DNA from: Macrostomum lignano
Lineage: Eukaryota
Length of the DNA: 64,000 bases
Reading direction: 5' to 3'
Assembly: GCA_002269645.1 (NCBI GenBank)
Contig: NIVC01001163.1
Location: 62,001 to 126,000, forward strand
Below, one piece after another: positions 24,424-37,681 of the stretch (its first letter is position 1; each line of letters starts with the position of its first letter). Below the pieces are notes generated by a model. The model was not told the origin of the DNA, ran no database searches, and was given only the letters and a program-made list of their open reading frames with translations. The position numbers were made by a program, and so were the translations under genes.

Positions 24424-26064
24424 CAGTGCTGGGCCTAATTCCATAACTAGGCCTTTTCATCAGTAACTAGTTAATTTTTTTTAAAAATTGTTAAATTTTC
24501 GTTAAATTTTTTATGTATTAATTAGTTAACAAAAATTGTTAATTTTTTTCTGTAAGTTAAAGTTAAATGACAAAAGTTAATAATTCCGGGAAATGGAGTT
24601 CCCCGGGTTCAAAATCCGCGGGTTTCAACAGCTTGTATGCCATTAAAAAGTAAAATTAATACATACATAAAATAACTTTGCCTTTCTAAGCATTATTTAA
24701 TGCGTCACAAACTATTACATGTATATATTTCAGTTACAAGTTATAATGTATAGAATATTCCGGAAGATTCTGGAATCTTCAACTATTATCTATTGATATT
24801 CTACCCAAGGACTACTAGAAGTTATCGTTGTACATAGGGATGTCGATTCCCCAGGGAATTTTCTTATCGGGGACCTGGGGAATTTACTGTCATTCCCCGG
24901 GGACCCCGGGGAAAAAAATAAGTAAAAAACGGCGGATAACTTAGATCTTTATAAGTCACTAAGTGGCATTTTTTAAACTTTGATTAAAGCTTTGGGTGGA
25001 CTACATATTCAAGGCGCAAGGGTAAAAACTTTAAGCAATGTTTGTTTAAAACTGTATTTGACAACATGGCATCACCAAATTGTGTGCGCACCTTTATCAG
25101 AAAGGGTCCAGACTCCGGAGGCAGAAAATGCATACTCAGCAGCTGCACTCGTGGGAGGATAATTAATGAATGAGACTGTTTTTATAATTGGAATTTTAAT
25201 TTCTTGCAGATACATGTAAATCACCATTTTGTCCTGTCTAATACGGAGTATTTTGTTATTGTATGACACCCCCCTATGCATCAGTGACTGACACAGGATA
25301 TGGCGCTGTGTCTGCGTCAAATGTGTCAAGCCGTCAACGTAGACCAACACAATAGTCAGTAAGGCTTCTTTTTCCTGACAGGTTTCTATGCTCGTACATT
25401 CAATTTGCTTGATTGAAAGACTCATAGTGAAAAAAAAACATTCAAATGGGTCGCTAATTTCATAAGACAGAAATTTCACAACGCCGAAAATTCTACATGC
25501 AATACAATCCTTATTGTAAAGTTTTCTACAATGTGAAATTTTGGTCTTATGAAGTTTCGGTCTTGTGAAGTATGGTGTTTCGGTGTTGTGAAATTTTGGT
25601 CTTATGAACCCCCCCCCCCATTCAAATGTGTGTTGTGTTTGAAATAATACATTAAAATAAGCAGTTTTATGGTAAAAAAAGCATAGACAGAGTTTCAATC
25701 AGCTTTCTGTGAATGATTTTCTTATTAAAAAGGCAAAAATTTAGTTAAAAATCCTTTTTTTCTCCCCAGGGTCCCCGGTCTAATTTCCCAGGGGAGTATT
25801 CCCTGACAAGCTCCCCAGTGCGCCACGACCTGGCCACAGCCGCGCCGCACCAACCTGAAATTTAAAAAACACACCGAACACATGTCCAGGAAAATGTCAC
25901 TTTTTCTGTTAGGGAATTATTAACTTTAACTTTTAACTTTTCAGAAGTTAAAGTTTGGGCAAAAGTTAAATAATTAACTAGTTACAGTTTATTATTTTGG
26001 AGCAATTAAATTAACTTTTTAACTTTTAACGAGTTAAAAAAATTGATAAACTTGCCCAGCACTG
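24424..26064. mobile_element. Non-autonomous hAT element with internal nested repeat fragments
   Basis: TIR CAGTGCTGGGC / GCCCAGCACTG; perfect 8-bp TSD CTTTTCAT (24416..24423 and 26065..26072); subterminal AAGTTAA/AACTAGTTAA motifs; internal inverted GGGGACC/GGTCCCC blocks at about 24840..24920 and 25755..25800. Confidence 0.85.
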
Positions 26065-27177
26065 CTTTTCATTAGCTAAGCTAAGGCAAGGTCATAACCG
26101 TGTGTCTGAATGCAAACAAAATCTATTTTCAATAGGTAAATAAGTTTTTTAATTTTGAGTGGTAAAATTAAAAGTAAAACAGTTCTCTTCTAAACAATGT
26201 GACAATTCTAAATGTTTTAATAGGCCTACACTGTCAGAAATATAGCTTAGTAGGCCCTAGTTAAATAAATTTATATTAAATCTTTCAGGACTATCGCCGA
26301 AGTCGTCTTTAACCCAAGTGACCTTTGGCCCTTTGCCAAAGAGTCTTTTATCGAAGAATCAAAAATGATTACCAGTAAATTAGGATATATACAGTATATG
26401 ATAGAAGAAGTAATTTGAATTCGTTAGCTATTTCAGTATAGAAAGCTTTCAACTGAATTTAAATAATAATCAAATCCCTTACGTACTGCTTAACAAAAAT
26501 TAAAAATATTTCTGATAAAAATTCTAAAGTCTAGAAAATAACAGTTCTGGATTACTTTCTTAAATTTAATTCGGCCAAACAAAGAAGAAATGTAAAGTGT
26601 TTAATGTGTGAATCCCAAGTGACGTAATGTTCGTGTAAATGTATTAGTTAATTTACCAACCGAGAAATGAAGTTGGGCACCTTATAATCTGTGTATTAGG
26701 CTTGACCCTCCCGAATTTTTATATTGAGTTAGATAACTAAGAAATTGTAGTGGGATTTTTTAACTTTGTTTAACTTATAATATAACCTGCCCAACATAAC
26801 GCATAAGCGATTTAATTCTTGTTCTCTAATCCTAATCCTAATTTAATTCTATGTCATTCTCATAATCAATTCATAACTCAGATCAGAAAAGAGTGTGCGC
26901 CAAATTGAATTTTTAAGGTGCACAAAGTGCAGCTAAGTGCTCGAATATATTCTCAAATGAGCACTTAGTCTATATTAGTATATACTCTGATAGGCCCCTA
27001 CTATACTATATGTCTATATAGTTAGGCCTAACACCGACCTAGAAGGGTAGATACTTTTCCTTTTTTCTCTTTAAAAAATTATGTGATGAAAGAGATTCAA
27101 AGACAGATTTTGGGACTTTCTCCTTTATTTTAGCCACTTTATCTCTTAGGATTTTTAGCACACAATACATAGTTAAC

Positions 27178-27800
27178 CGATCCTTTGGTTTCCCGCTCTA
27201 AATTATTTAAACCCTGGAGTCCCATAGGCATGATTGTGCGCCAAGTGTGCTAAGGGCCCCTTGTGTGTGCCAGAATTTTCCATGGCAAAGGCCACCTTCC
27301 TGACTATGGCCCTGGACCAATAAGCCGCCTACAACACATTGGCCAACCATCTGACAGTCAACTATTCGCCTAGCTTTCCCCCGGCACATGACTAAGACTG
27401 CCACACACCAAGACCACCACAGCTATTACTGGCTACTGGTATTGAGGGGGAGCTACCAATCTTCTAGCATTGCTATTCTTCTCATAGGTTCTTTTCTCAC
27501 TGCTGGCTCTCCTACCCACTCATCTCCTTTCTAGTACCATCTAATAACACAAATTCAAATTTCTCCCTTAGCTCCCCAAGTGTGGCAGTCTTGGTGTGTG
27601 GCGGTCTTGGTGTGTGGCGGTCTTGGTCCTACACCTTTCCCCCATTAGTGGCTAGTGCTTCAGCAATATCCTCTATTGGATAACACACTACTACCATATG
27701 TAGAACTCTGTAAACTCTTGCAAGAACTATGTAACCTTGTCGGACTCTAAAAAGTTCAAAAAGGGATTTAAATAATTTAGAGTGGGAAACCAAAGGATTG
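27178..27800. mobile_element. MITE-like element with about 30-bp terminal inverted repeats
   Basis: CCTTTGGTTTCCCGCTCTAAATTATTTAA (27182) versus TTAAATAATTTAGAGTGGGAAACCAAAGG (about 27768..27797); no clear TSD. Confidence 0.6.
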
Positions 27801-28189
27801 CCCATAATTAATATATTAATATTTTAGGATCCTTTTAAATAATCATTTTTAAAGACAACTATTGACTTGTATTTTTTCCTAGACAAAGTTATATAGAAAA
27901 ATAGTTTGTAAGTTCCAACAAAATGGTTTATATATATGATTAGTTACTAGTTGAAAAAACTTTAAATCATTAATCCTAGGTTAGCCACAATATTATTAGA
28001 TATGTGGAACTGTAAAGTTGGAGATATATAAGTTCTTCTTAGGGCTGCAAATTAGCCAAAAGGATGACTTGATCAAAGCAGTCAATAAATAGGCTAGGCC
28101 ATAGAATAAATTAACCAAAAAATTACTATATCTTACTAACTGGTTTTCAATTGGTAGACTTTTACCTTAAAGACCAGTTAAAAAATCTA

Positions 28190-28880
28190 TCTAGGCCCCC
28201 TATTGGCTGCAAGGGCAAATAAGAGTGGAAAGAAGAATGAATAAGCAATAAGAAAAAATGTTGAGAAAGGAGATAAGATAAAAGATAAGAGAAGATAAGA
28301 GGATAAATAGAGAGGGCAAAAAAGAGGGGAAGGAAAAGGGAAAGAGAATTGAAAAAATAGTAGAGATAAAAAGAAGGAGATAAAAGACAAAAAGAGAGAG
28401 GAGAGAGATAAGATGAGAGAAAGATAAAAGAGTATGAAGGAGAGAGAGAAAAGAGTAAGGAAAAGAACAGATAGGAAAAAAGAGATTAAAGAGATAATAG
28501 AAAAGAGAGTTAAGAAAAGAGAGTAAATAGAAGGGATAGAAAAAGAAAGAGAAAAGATATGAAAGCTGAGAGAAGAGAAAAGATAAGAAAGCTGAGACTG
28601 AGAGAAGAAAGTAAAGATAAGAAGGCTGTGAGAAGAAAGGAAAGATAAGAGAGCTAAGAAAAAATAAGAAAAAAAGGAGTACAAAAAAGAGAGGAAAAAT
28701 ACAAGTGCAGAAGGAAGAGAGAAAAGAGTAGAGGAAGTAGAGATAAGCAAGATGAAAGAGAAGAGTAGAGAGGACAAGAGAAAGGGAATAAGAGAGAAGA
28801 GACAAATTGAGAAGAGACAGAAAAGGAGATAGAGTTTCAGAGCACCCAAGGGACATAGAGAAATGCAGAGGCAAGAGGCT
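28190..28880. repeat. About 690-bp A/G-rich low-complexity polypurine tract
   Basis: Almost only A and G on the plus strand; the minus-strand L/S/F-rich ORFs are compositional artefacts. Confidence 0.9.
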
Positions 28881-31534
28881 AGAGTTTGTTTATATAGGCT
28901 TTAGACAGACATTGCCTATCATTCCATGGCAATACCAACCAAGAAGATCAATATACCCTCAAATCTAAATTTACCACAAATTTATTCTAATTTTTAATTT
29001 ACCTCTAACTATTTTAACTATTAATAGGTTTTTTGTTGGAGTATGATTTCAGATTTTAAAATATTTGTTGATTTAAAAAGATTTATATTTAGATTTAAAA
29101 AGACTTTAAAAACAGTTTATTAAAATATAAATGTAACAAACGAATGATGTACATTTATGTCCATATTGTTATGTTACCAAATTAAATCTCATTTTTGGGC
29201 ATTAATCAAACAGTCTCCTTTATTTTATTTGCTAAAATGCCTAGGCACCTTGCATTTGAGTGCTAACATTATTTTTTGAAAAGAAAGGTGATATTTATAA
29301 GGCCTGTTTGTATATTATTTTTTTTACTAAATGTCCATTATTTTCAAATTTGTATGTCAGAGTTTGCTTAACAAAAATTACAGCCTAATATATGAAAAAT
29401 TAGACTTATTTATTTAAATAGATAATGAGATTAGAACAAGCAAAACTACTTACCAATGACTCATTCAATAGTGCTGACCTTTGTGCCCCCTTGTTGGTGG
29501 GTATTTCACTTGGTAGTCTTAGCTAGTTTTGTTGCACATGGTCTAGAAGTCTGCCATTAATAGACTATCAAGCATTTTTTTACTTTATAATCATGAGATG
29601 AACCCCAAAGGCTTTATAAGTGACATAGCTATAATGCAAAGTGCCTTCCTTCTAGGATAAAATGGAATCCAAAAAAAATTCTAATAATATTCCTTTTAGA
29701 TTATATATATAAAGTGAAATATAATAAGCAATATTGACAAATAGGATAAAGTAAAAAATATGACTTACAATAGAAATGATAAGATTGGCTAAGTATATAA
29801 CTTTAAAATGCGCAAGAATTCTAGACTAAGCTATGTTATGACTTGAAATTTGACCTAAAATATAGTTTATTTTATGACAAAAAAATTAACACTAAAAATA
29901 TATCCTAAATAAAATCTATATTCTATATTTAGCTTATATATACTTAGAGTCCAAGTGTGCTTGCACAATCTACTTTTGTTTTTTTCCATATAAAAATCTA
30001 TTAAATGACTATATTATAGGTAAATGCAACTTGATAAACCAAATTTTTGAGAAAAAAATAATAATTGAAACCATGATGCTAAAAGTAGTTTTAAAATTTA
30101 TTAGAAAAATATTTTTATGATAAGACATTCCTAAAGAAAGCAAAAATCAAATATATTTTTTATTTGATCTAAAACAATTTATATATCTAGCAATGCCCCT
30201 TTGCTTATTCTCTAATAGCTTATATAAACATAATATCTATTGGCCTAATCTAATCCTATATTTTTTATCAAAATACAATGTTTTGTTTTTAAAGAGAATT
30301 CAAAAAGGGAAACTATAGTTCATGAATAAAAGCAAGCAAGTCTTATTTCTTGGGTCATTCCATGATAGGGTCCCATTTTTTAACTTTGAGCACTTGTAAC
30401 TTTATAACCATAATATATAGAAAAAAAAGCTGCAGAAAGCATTCTGTATCAAACTTCCAGTTCTATATTTTTCACATAGTTGCTTATGAATTCTAAAACA
30501 ACTGAACATATAGCAGAGCATAAACTATGCTAATGGTTGTATTTTCATCACCAAACAACCATGTACATATACCCTTTTCCAATTTAAGGGCTTCAGTATA
30601 CCCTTTCCCAGTGGAAAGTAAGCAGTACTAATAAGTTAAAATAGCACTTATAATTATGACTTTCATGATTTTTATTTATAATTGTTGAATACTATAAATC
30701 AGTAGACAGTTGTCCCTAACTAAATAGTGATAATAAAATATATTAGCTTAAGATATATATATAGCAGATAAATAATGCAATAGATTTCAATTTTATCACA
30801 AGATAGTATGTAGTTAACAGAAGACAATGGAACCATGGCAAATAGAAAAGGGCATCAATATTGAACATAATTAAGTTAAGATAAGATAAAGCTTAAGCAT
30901 CCCAAAGGGTCACACTATTCAAAAGAAAAAACAATCTTTCTATAGTCTGTCATATTCTGAGTTGTGCAAAATATCATAAATAGATAACTGAATGTCTATG
31001 GGCAAATTTCTGTGACCAATTTATATAAGCTAATGCCCTGCAGACAAGCATATGGGAGCTAACTTCCCATGGGCAAATTTGCTGCTTGCTAATGTTTTAA
31101 ACCCAAAGTAAAATACCATTATGTGAATTGAGTATATGCACATAATTCAAAGAGCACACAGCATGTGTAACTGTACTGCATATTGAATACTTGCATGAGT
31201 TGGTCATAATGGCATGCACATTTTCTAGTGCACTCTTGCTTGGCCCCTAATCGAACAGGATGGAAAATTGTAACTGATTTTATACTAAAACATGTTGAGC
31301 AAGAGCTTAATTAACAAGTTAGCTAGTATTTGTGCAACTGGAACCTTAATATAATGGCATCCAGTATGTAAAAAAACAGTGTGCAAATTTAGCAAATGAT
31401 TAGTAATTATAATAATCTGGGAAATTAAACCAACTAATGCATGACTGGATCAGCGCAGCTCCGAGCTGTATGTTAGCTGACTGACTCGGGTATTTCCATA
31501 GAAGTATATACAATATCAACTGAGCAAATCGGTA

Positions 31535-34500
31535 ATGGTTCAACCGTCCGCTGAGCAGCAGCAGCTGAACGCCACAGACCCGGCTCTCATTAGTAGGGCA
31601 CGCGAGGTCGGAAACGAGTTTGTGTACATCTACTACATGAGCGTCAACAAGTGTCCCTGGGATCTGCACCGCTTTTACTCCTCCACCTCCCTGTTCATCC
31701 ACGGCGGCCGCGACCTGCCCGACCAGGCGCAGTCGCCCGCCTGCGGCCAGTCGGCCATCGCCGAGCGGATCGCCAGTTTGAAGCTGTTCGACTGTCGGAC
31801 CAAAATTCTCATGGTCGACTCCATGCCGGACTCCAATGGCGATGGCGTGCTAATCCAAGTCTGCGGCGAGATTAGCAACAATGCCGGCCCTATGCGCCGG
31901 TTCATGCAGACTTTCCTGCTAGCGCCCAACGGTCCCAAGAAATATTTTGTGCAGCGCGACATCTTCAGGTTATTGTGCGGGATTAGTGTAACAGATGGAA
32001 TAAACCACCTGGAGTACCGCTCCTTAACCACCTGGAGTACCGCCCCTTAACCACCTGGAGTACCGCCCCTTAACCACCTGAAGTACCGCACCTTAACCAC
32101 CTGGAGAACCGCCCTAAAGCCACCTGAAAAACCACCCTAAACCACTTAAAATACCACTCCTAAACCACATGGAGAAGCGCCATTAACCTAAGAAATTCTC
32201 TAAACTGATCCGCAATTTGTCTTGGACTCATATCGAAGACCCGAAGCCCGCCAACCCGTTGCCGCCCCCAGGTACCAGGACGAGGTGTTCACCGACGCTG
32301 ATGCCGATGTTTCCGACGTCGCAATGGAGCCGACAGCAGCGGCTGAGCCGACCGTCGATGGCGACGCGACCGCTGCCGTTCCTGCTGCCCCGGTAGCTGT
32401 TACAACGCCCCCGCCCCCGGTTTCCACCGTCTCTCCTGACGAGCCGCCAGGGCTGGCTTCCCCGATGGCCGCCAACGGCGACGGTTCCATCGTTGCCGCC
32501 ACCGGCATTGATGACGCGGCGTTGGTGGCCTCGGGCCTGGCCGCTGACCAGCAGCAGCAGCCGGAGCAGCTGCAGGACGCGGCGGCTTCAACTGTGCCCA
32601 AGGAGATGCCGGCTCCAATTGTTAGCGGCGGCGGTGGAGCGGGCAGTTCCTCAGCTGGCGCCGCTGTCGGCGTCAAGAAGAATTTCGCTGCTCTCTTTGG
32701 CGGCGGCTCCGTTGCGGCTCCTCAGCCGCCGCCGCCGCCGCCACCAGCTCAGCCGGCTCCGCAACAGCAGCGCAAACAAGCGGCTCAAGTTCCTACAAAC
32801 GGTCAAGCTAAGGCTGAGCCGCAGCAGCAGCAGTGGGGACAGGAGCAGGACGTGCCCGATAATCAGCAGGTGTTCGTCGGCAACATCGGGCCAAATATAA
32901 GCGAGGACGACCTGATCGAAGAGTTCAGCCAGTTTGGCGAGGTTGTCAGCTGTCGGATCAACTCTAACCGCAGCAGGCCGCCCGGCTCTGTGGGATTCGG
33001 ATTCATCAGCTTTGCCGATCCCGCCGTCGCTAGGAAACTCATCGACATGAAGGTCAGTGCGGCTGGGAGAGACTCTCCTGCCCTGTGCTACCCTCTGTCC
33101 TGCCCTGTGCTACCCTCTGTCCTACACTGTGCTACCCTCTGTCCTACCCCGTGCTACCCTGTCCTGCCCCGTGCTACCCTCTATCCTGCCCATCACCCTC
33201 TGTCCTGCCCTGTGCTACTCTGTCCTGCACTGTGCTACCCCCTGTCCTGCCGCATCTCCCTCTGTCCTGCCCTGTGCTACCCCCTGTCCTTGTCGTGATA
33301 CCCTCTACCTGCCCTGTGATACCCTCTATCCTGATCTGTGCTACCCTCTGTTTTGCCCCATCACCCTCCCGCCTGCCCTATCACCCTCTGTCCTGCCCTA
33401 TCACCCTCGTCCCTCTGTCCTGCACTGTGGTACCCTCTGTCCTGCCCCATCACCCTCTGTCCTGCCCTGTGCTACCCTCTGTCCTGCAGTGTGCTACCCT
33501 CTGTCCTGCCCTGTGCTACCCTCTGTCCTGCAGTGTGCTACCCTCTGTCCTGCCCTGTGCTACCCTCTGTCCTGCAGTGTGCTACCCTCTGTCCTGCCCT
33601 GTGATACCCTCTGTCCTGCAGTGTGCTATACTCTGTCCTGCCCCATGTTATTCTCTGTCCTGCAGTGTGCTACCCTCTGTCCTGCCCTGTGCTACCCCCT
33701 GTCCTGGTCGTGATACCCTCTACCTGCCCTGTGATACCCTCTATCCTGATCTGTGCTACCCTCTTTTTTGCCCCATCACCCTCCCGCCTGCCCTATCACC
33801 CTCTATCCTGATCTGTGCTACCCTCTGTTTTGCCCCATCACCCTCCCGCCTGCCCTATCACCCTCTGTCCTGGCCGTGATACCCTCTGTCCTGCCCTGTG
33901 CTACCCTCTGTCCTGCTCTATCACCCTCGTCCCTCTGTCCTGCACTGTGGTACCCTCTGTCTTGCCCCATCACCCTCTGTTCTGCCCTGTGCTACCCTCT
34001 GTCCTGCAGTGTGCTACCCTCTGTCCTGCCCTGTGCTACCCTCTTTCCTGCAGTGTGCTACCCTCTGTCCTGCCCTATGCTACCCTCTGTTCTGCAGTGT
34101 GCTACACTCTGTCCTGCCCCATGTTATCCTCTGTCTTGGCCCGTGCTACCCTCTGTCCTGCAGTGTGCTACCCTCTGTCCTGCCCCATGTTATTCTCTGT
34201 CTTGGCCCGTGCTACCCTCTGTCCTGCCCCATGTTATCCTCTGTCTTGGCCCGTGCTACCCTCTGTCCTGCCCCATGTTATCCTCTGTCTTGGCCCGTGC
34301 TACCCTCTGTCCTGCCCCATGTTATCCTCTGTCTTGGCCCGTGCTACCCTCTGTCCTGCAGTGTGCTACCCTCTGTCCTGCCCCATGTTATCCTCTGTCT
34401 TGGCCCGTGCTACCCTCTGTCCTGCCCCATGTTATCCTCTGTCTTGGCCCGTGCTACCCTCTTCCCTGCCCTCAGTTGTGCCTCTCCCTAGCTTTAATAC

Positions 34501-34702
34501 CCACACCGCTGTGCTCACTTCTACTTTCATATCCGTTCGATCGCATCCGCAGAGACACACGAGCAGCCACGGAACTACGCTGAACCTCGAGGAGAAAAAA
34601 TCTTCTGGTCGGCGTGGCGGCGGCGGCGGCGGTTTTGGTGGCCGAAGCGGCGGCGGCGCCGGCAGCTACGGGCGCGGCGGCCGAGGCCCCTCAAGGCGTT
34701 GA
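31535..34702 (+). CDS. G3BP: G3BP/rasputin (NTF2-like domain, acidic/Pro-rich linker, RRM, RGG tail); join(31535..31968,32272..33052,34553..34702), about 454 aa
   Basis: VGNEFVYIYY...LHRFYS...RRFMQTFLLAP...YFVQRDIFR|YQDEVF reconstituted across intron 1 (phase 2); RRM QVFVGNIG...GFGFISF; exon 3 has LNLEEKK and a Gly/Arg-rich end. Confidence 0.95.
32000..32190. repeat. 23-bp tandem repeat, about 7 degenerating copies, in G3BP intron 1
   Basis: Unit TTAACCACCTGGAGTACCGCCCC. Confidence 0.88.
33075..34465. repeat. About 22-bp pyrimidine-rich minisatellite (about 1.4 kb, several subvariants) in G3BP intron 2
   Basis: Unit CTGTGCTACCCTCTGTCCTGCC and variants; source of the CPALCYPLS ORFs. Confidence 0.95.
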
Positions 34703-35156
34703 AAAGTTTTGCACGAAGCATAAAGTTGCAGCCAGCCACTGGGAGGGAGGGAGGGCCTGGGATGACGGCACTTAGCAGCATGCAGAGAGTAGGTAATCGA
34801 TATTCCTTCATTGATGAGAAGACTATTCGATATGGGCCCGTTCAATTATTAAAGTAATATTTGTTACTAAATTGTTAATGTACGTTCTATTCAACTCCTT
34901 ACAGTTTGCACCAGTCTGTCTCATTGTTGCGGCTCTGCTATGCAATCCCAAAATTTAACTTCGGGCAAATAATAGCTCCAATTCTTTGCTAGATCCCCAG
35001 TTCCTCACCTTCCTTGATTAACTTTTGCTCGTTTCTCCCCCTGCGCGTAGCATTTTTGTGAAAGTTTTGGCTGCGTTCTTTGTTTTTGTGAAAAAAGCAG
35101 GCACAAGTTTCACGTAAGGCCGCTAGTTAGCGACTGCCAGTTCCTCCTCTCTCCAT

Positions 35157-35434
35157 CCCTTCTATTCACACAGTTCCTGCCCGTTCCGCCGTGAGCCTGA
35201 ATCCCTTCTATTCCCACAGTTCCTGTCCGTTCCGCCGTGAGCCTGAATCCCTTCTATTCACACAGTTCCTGCCCGTTCCGCCGTGAGCCTGAATCCCTTC
35301 TATTCACACAGTTCCTGCCCGTTCCGCCGTGAGCCTGAATCCCTTCTATTCACACAGTTCCTGCCCGTTCCGCCGTGAGCCTGAATCCCTTCTATTCACA
35401 CAGTTCCTGCCCGTTCCGCCGTGAGCCTGAATCC
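35157..35434. repeat. 46-bp tandem repeat, 6 copies, 3' of G3BP
   Basis: Unit CCTTCTATTCACACAGTTCCTGCCCGTTCCGCCGTGAGCCTGAATC. Confidence 0.95.
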
Positions 35435-35727
35435 CAGTAATGTTCGTGCGTTCTGTCTGTCAATTCATCAGACCCCCCTCGTGCTGTTCTTTTCTGGACC
35501 GTCAGTTTCAAATAAACAGCAAAGCTGGTAGCTGCAGAGTCCTCATTTGAGACGCTTGCGATCCGTATCTCCTTGTTATTAATTCTATTGATTATAAGCC
35601 GCAATACCGACTGCTCTGGTCTGCTTTGTGAAGACAAAATATTCACTTGTTCAGTCATTTCTTTCGTGTCTGCTGATTTTATTATTTTTAGTTACTTGGG
35701 CTGCCACCCCGTGCCCCTCCTGCCCTA

Positions 35728-36216
35728 CCCGGGTAAAAAGGAAAGATGTCTCTCGGAGACATTGCAAACACACAATCGACATCAATTGACATGATAACAT
35801 GTCTCGAAGACATGCTGGGGAGACATTATGTGGGGTGTCTCTTTTCCTTTGTCCAGACATGGCCCTGAGACTGCCTTAAGATGTTGTCTCAGAGACATTG
35901 CATGGGATATCAGTATACATTTTTCCGATAAATTGTAAACTTTTTATTCTTACATAATCCGTCATTGTTTACTATTAATAACTTAAAAGGCTTGTGTTAA
36001 TGATGTTTTGGGCCAGTCTCGTGGAAATAAAAAATGTCTCCGGCAATGTCTCGTCATGTTGGGAGTACGAGTCATGATATCTCCGGGTAATGTCTTCACA
36101 ATGTCTATACATGTGCAACAAATTTACACCCATGTCTACTGGGTAATGTCTAGATGTTACATGTCTAGTGGCACCATGTCTACTAGCATTAGGAGACATT
36201 TAACTTTCTACCCGGG
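35728..36216. mobile_element. MITE with 3-bp TSD (PIF/Harbinger-like)
   Basis: Imperfect TIR CCCGGGTAAAAAGGAAAGATGTCTC versus CCCGGGTAGAAAGTTAAATGTCTC; CTA duplicated (35725..35727 and 36217..36219); internal GAGACAT/ATGTCTC motifs. Superfamily is a guess from TSD length. Confidence 0.75.
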
Positions 36217-36397
36217 CTAATTGGGCTGGCACCCTGTGCCCCTCCTGCCCTAACTGGGCTGGCACCCTGTGCCCCTCCTGCCCTAACTGGGCTGGCACCC
36301 TGTGCCCCTCCTGCCCTAACTGGGCTAGCACCCTGTGCCCCTCCTGCCCTAACTGGGCTGGTACCCTGTGCCCCTCCTTCCCCAACTGGGCTGGTAC

Positions 36398-37681
36398 TAG
36401 GGGTGTTCGGGTCGGCCATTTTTTCGGGGTTCGAGGTTTACCCCGAACCCGGTACCCCTACCCCGAACCCCGAACCCCGTCCCGAACATTTCTTCTAACC
36501 CCGAACCCCGAACCCGGTACCAAAACCCGACCCGACCCCGAACGTAACCCCGAACATTTTCACGCTTATTTTGGTCAATCATTTTAATAAATTCAGTTTT
36601 CAGTTTTCAATTTTTCAGTTTTCAGTTTTGAATTTCAGTTTTAAATTCAGTTTTATATATTGAGATGTGCCTTAACAGCTTCAACCACATAGCCTTGTGG
36701 TTTTATTTCCCTTAGCTACTCTACAACTAGGAAAATAAATATGAAACACTTCTTGCAATGGGATTGGGATTGAGATGGAAGGAATACCAAGACCCAAGAT
36801 CTAATAGTAAGATACATGAAAGTTCACAACTAAAATCAGGACCATTTCGTACCTATACTTACAACGAAATTGCTTTCATAGTAATATTACATCTATGAGT
36901 TTATTTAAGCTGCAAAAATAGAGTACAATAAAATTAGATTATACCCTGTAGTGCAGATATCAGTAGAGATAGAACTAGAGCGATAAAGAGATAGCACAGA
37001 TAAAACAATGATGCAATGAAACAGGAGAGTTAATCACAAATATATATTTATTTTTACTTTTGACTACAGTTAACAGTAAGTCAGTAGTGGTATAACAGAA
37101 TTGCTATGTAAAAACTAAAGTGACTTCTTTACATAAAATTGTATGCTGATATGAGTAGGTAATCATTGTGATAATTGATTATTGGCGACTGATGCGTGGA
37201 GAATAATAGTGTATTTATAAATTTTAAGCTTCCTCATCCAATCCAGAAGTTCAGACCATGTTACACGTAGCACATGTAAAATTATTACTGAACGTAATTT
37301 TTTTAATCATCAACTGCAAGACTGAATGGGTCGAAAAACAACAATCGTTATTTACCAGAAAGTGTAAATGAATCCATGGTTCTATCTGCTATTTCCGTTT
37401 CAAATTGTATGTAAAATATAACTTAATTTGTACCTGAAACTCAATGCATATCTTTCGCATTGTGGATTTTGCATAAGGAGTAAAAAGTGCTTAAAAATAC
37501 TCTTGAGAATGATAATTGTTCAAAACCCCGAAAACCCGGTGGCCAAACCCGACCCGAACCCCGAACCCGGTACCCCTACCCCGAACCCCGAACCCGACCC
37601 GGAACACCTACCCCGAACCCCGAACCCGGTACCAAAACCCGACCCGAAACCCGACCCGACCCCGAACCCCGAACACCCCTA
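36398..37681. mobile_element. Non-autonomous hAT element (1284 bp)
   Basis: Perfect TIR TAGGGGTGTTCGGG; perfect 8-bp TSD GCTGGTAC (36390..36397 and 37682..37689); CCGAACC-rich subterminal arrays; no transposase ORF. Confidence 0.93.

Noticed and set aside
28187-28874. Hydrophobic 220-aa ORFs resembling membrane proteins
   Set aside because: Artefact of the polypurine tract.
33057-34583. Cys/Pro-rich ORFs resembling metallothionein or keratin-associated proteins
   Set aside because: Translations of the G3BP intron 2 array in all three frames; G3BP splices across it.
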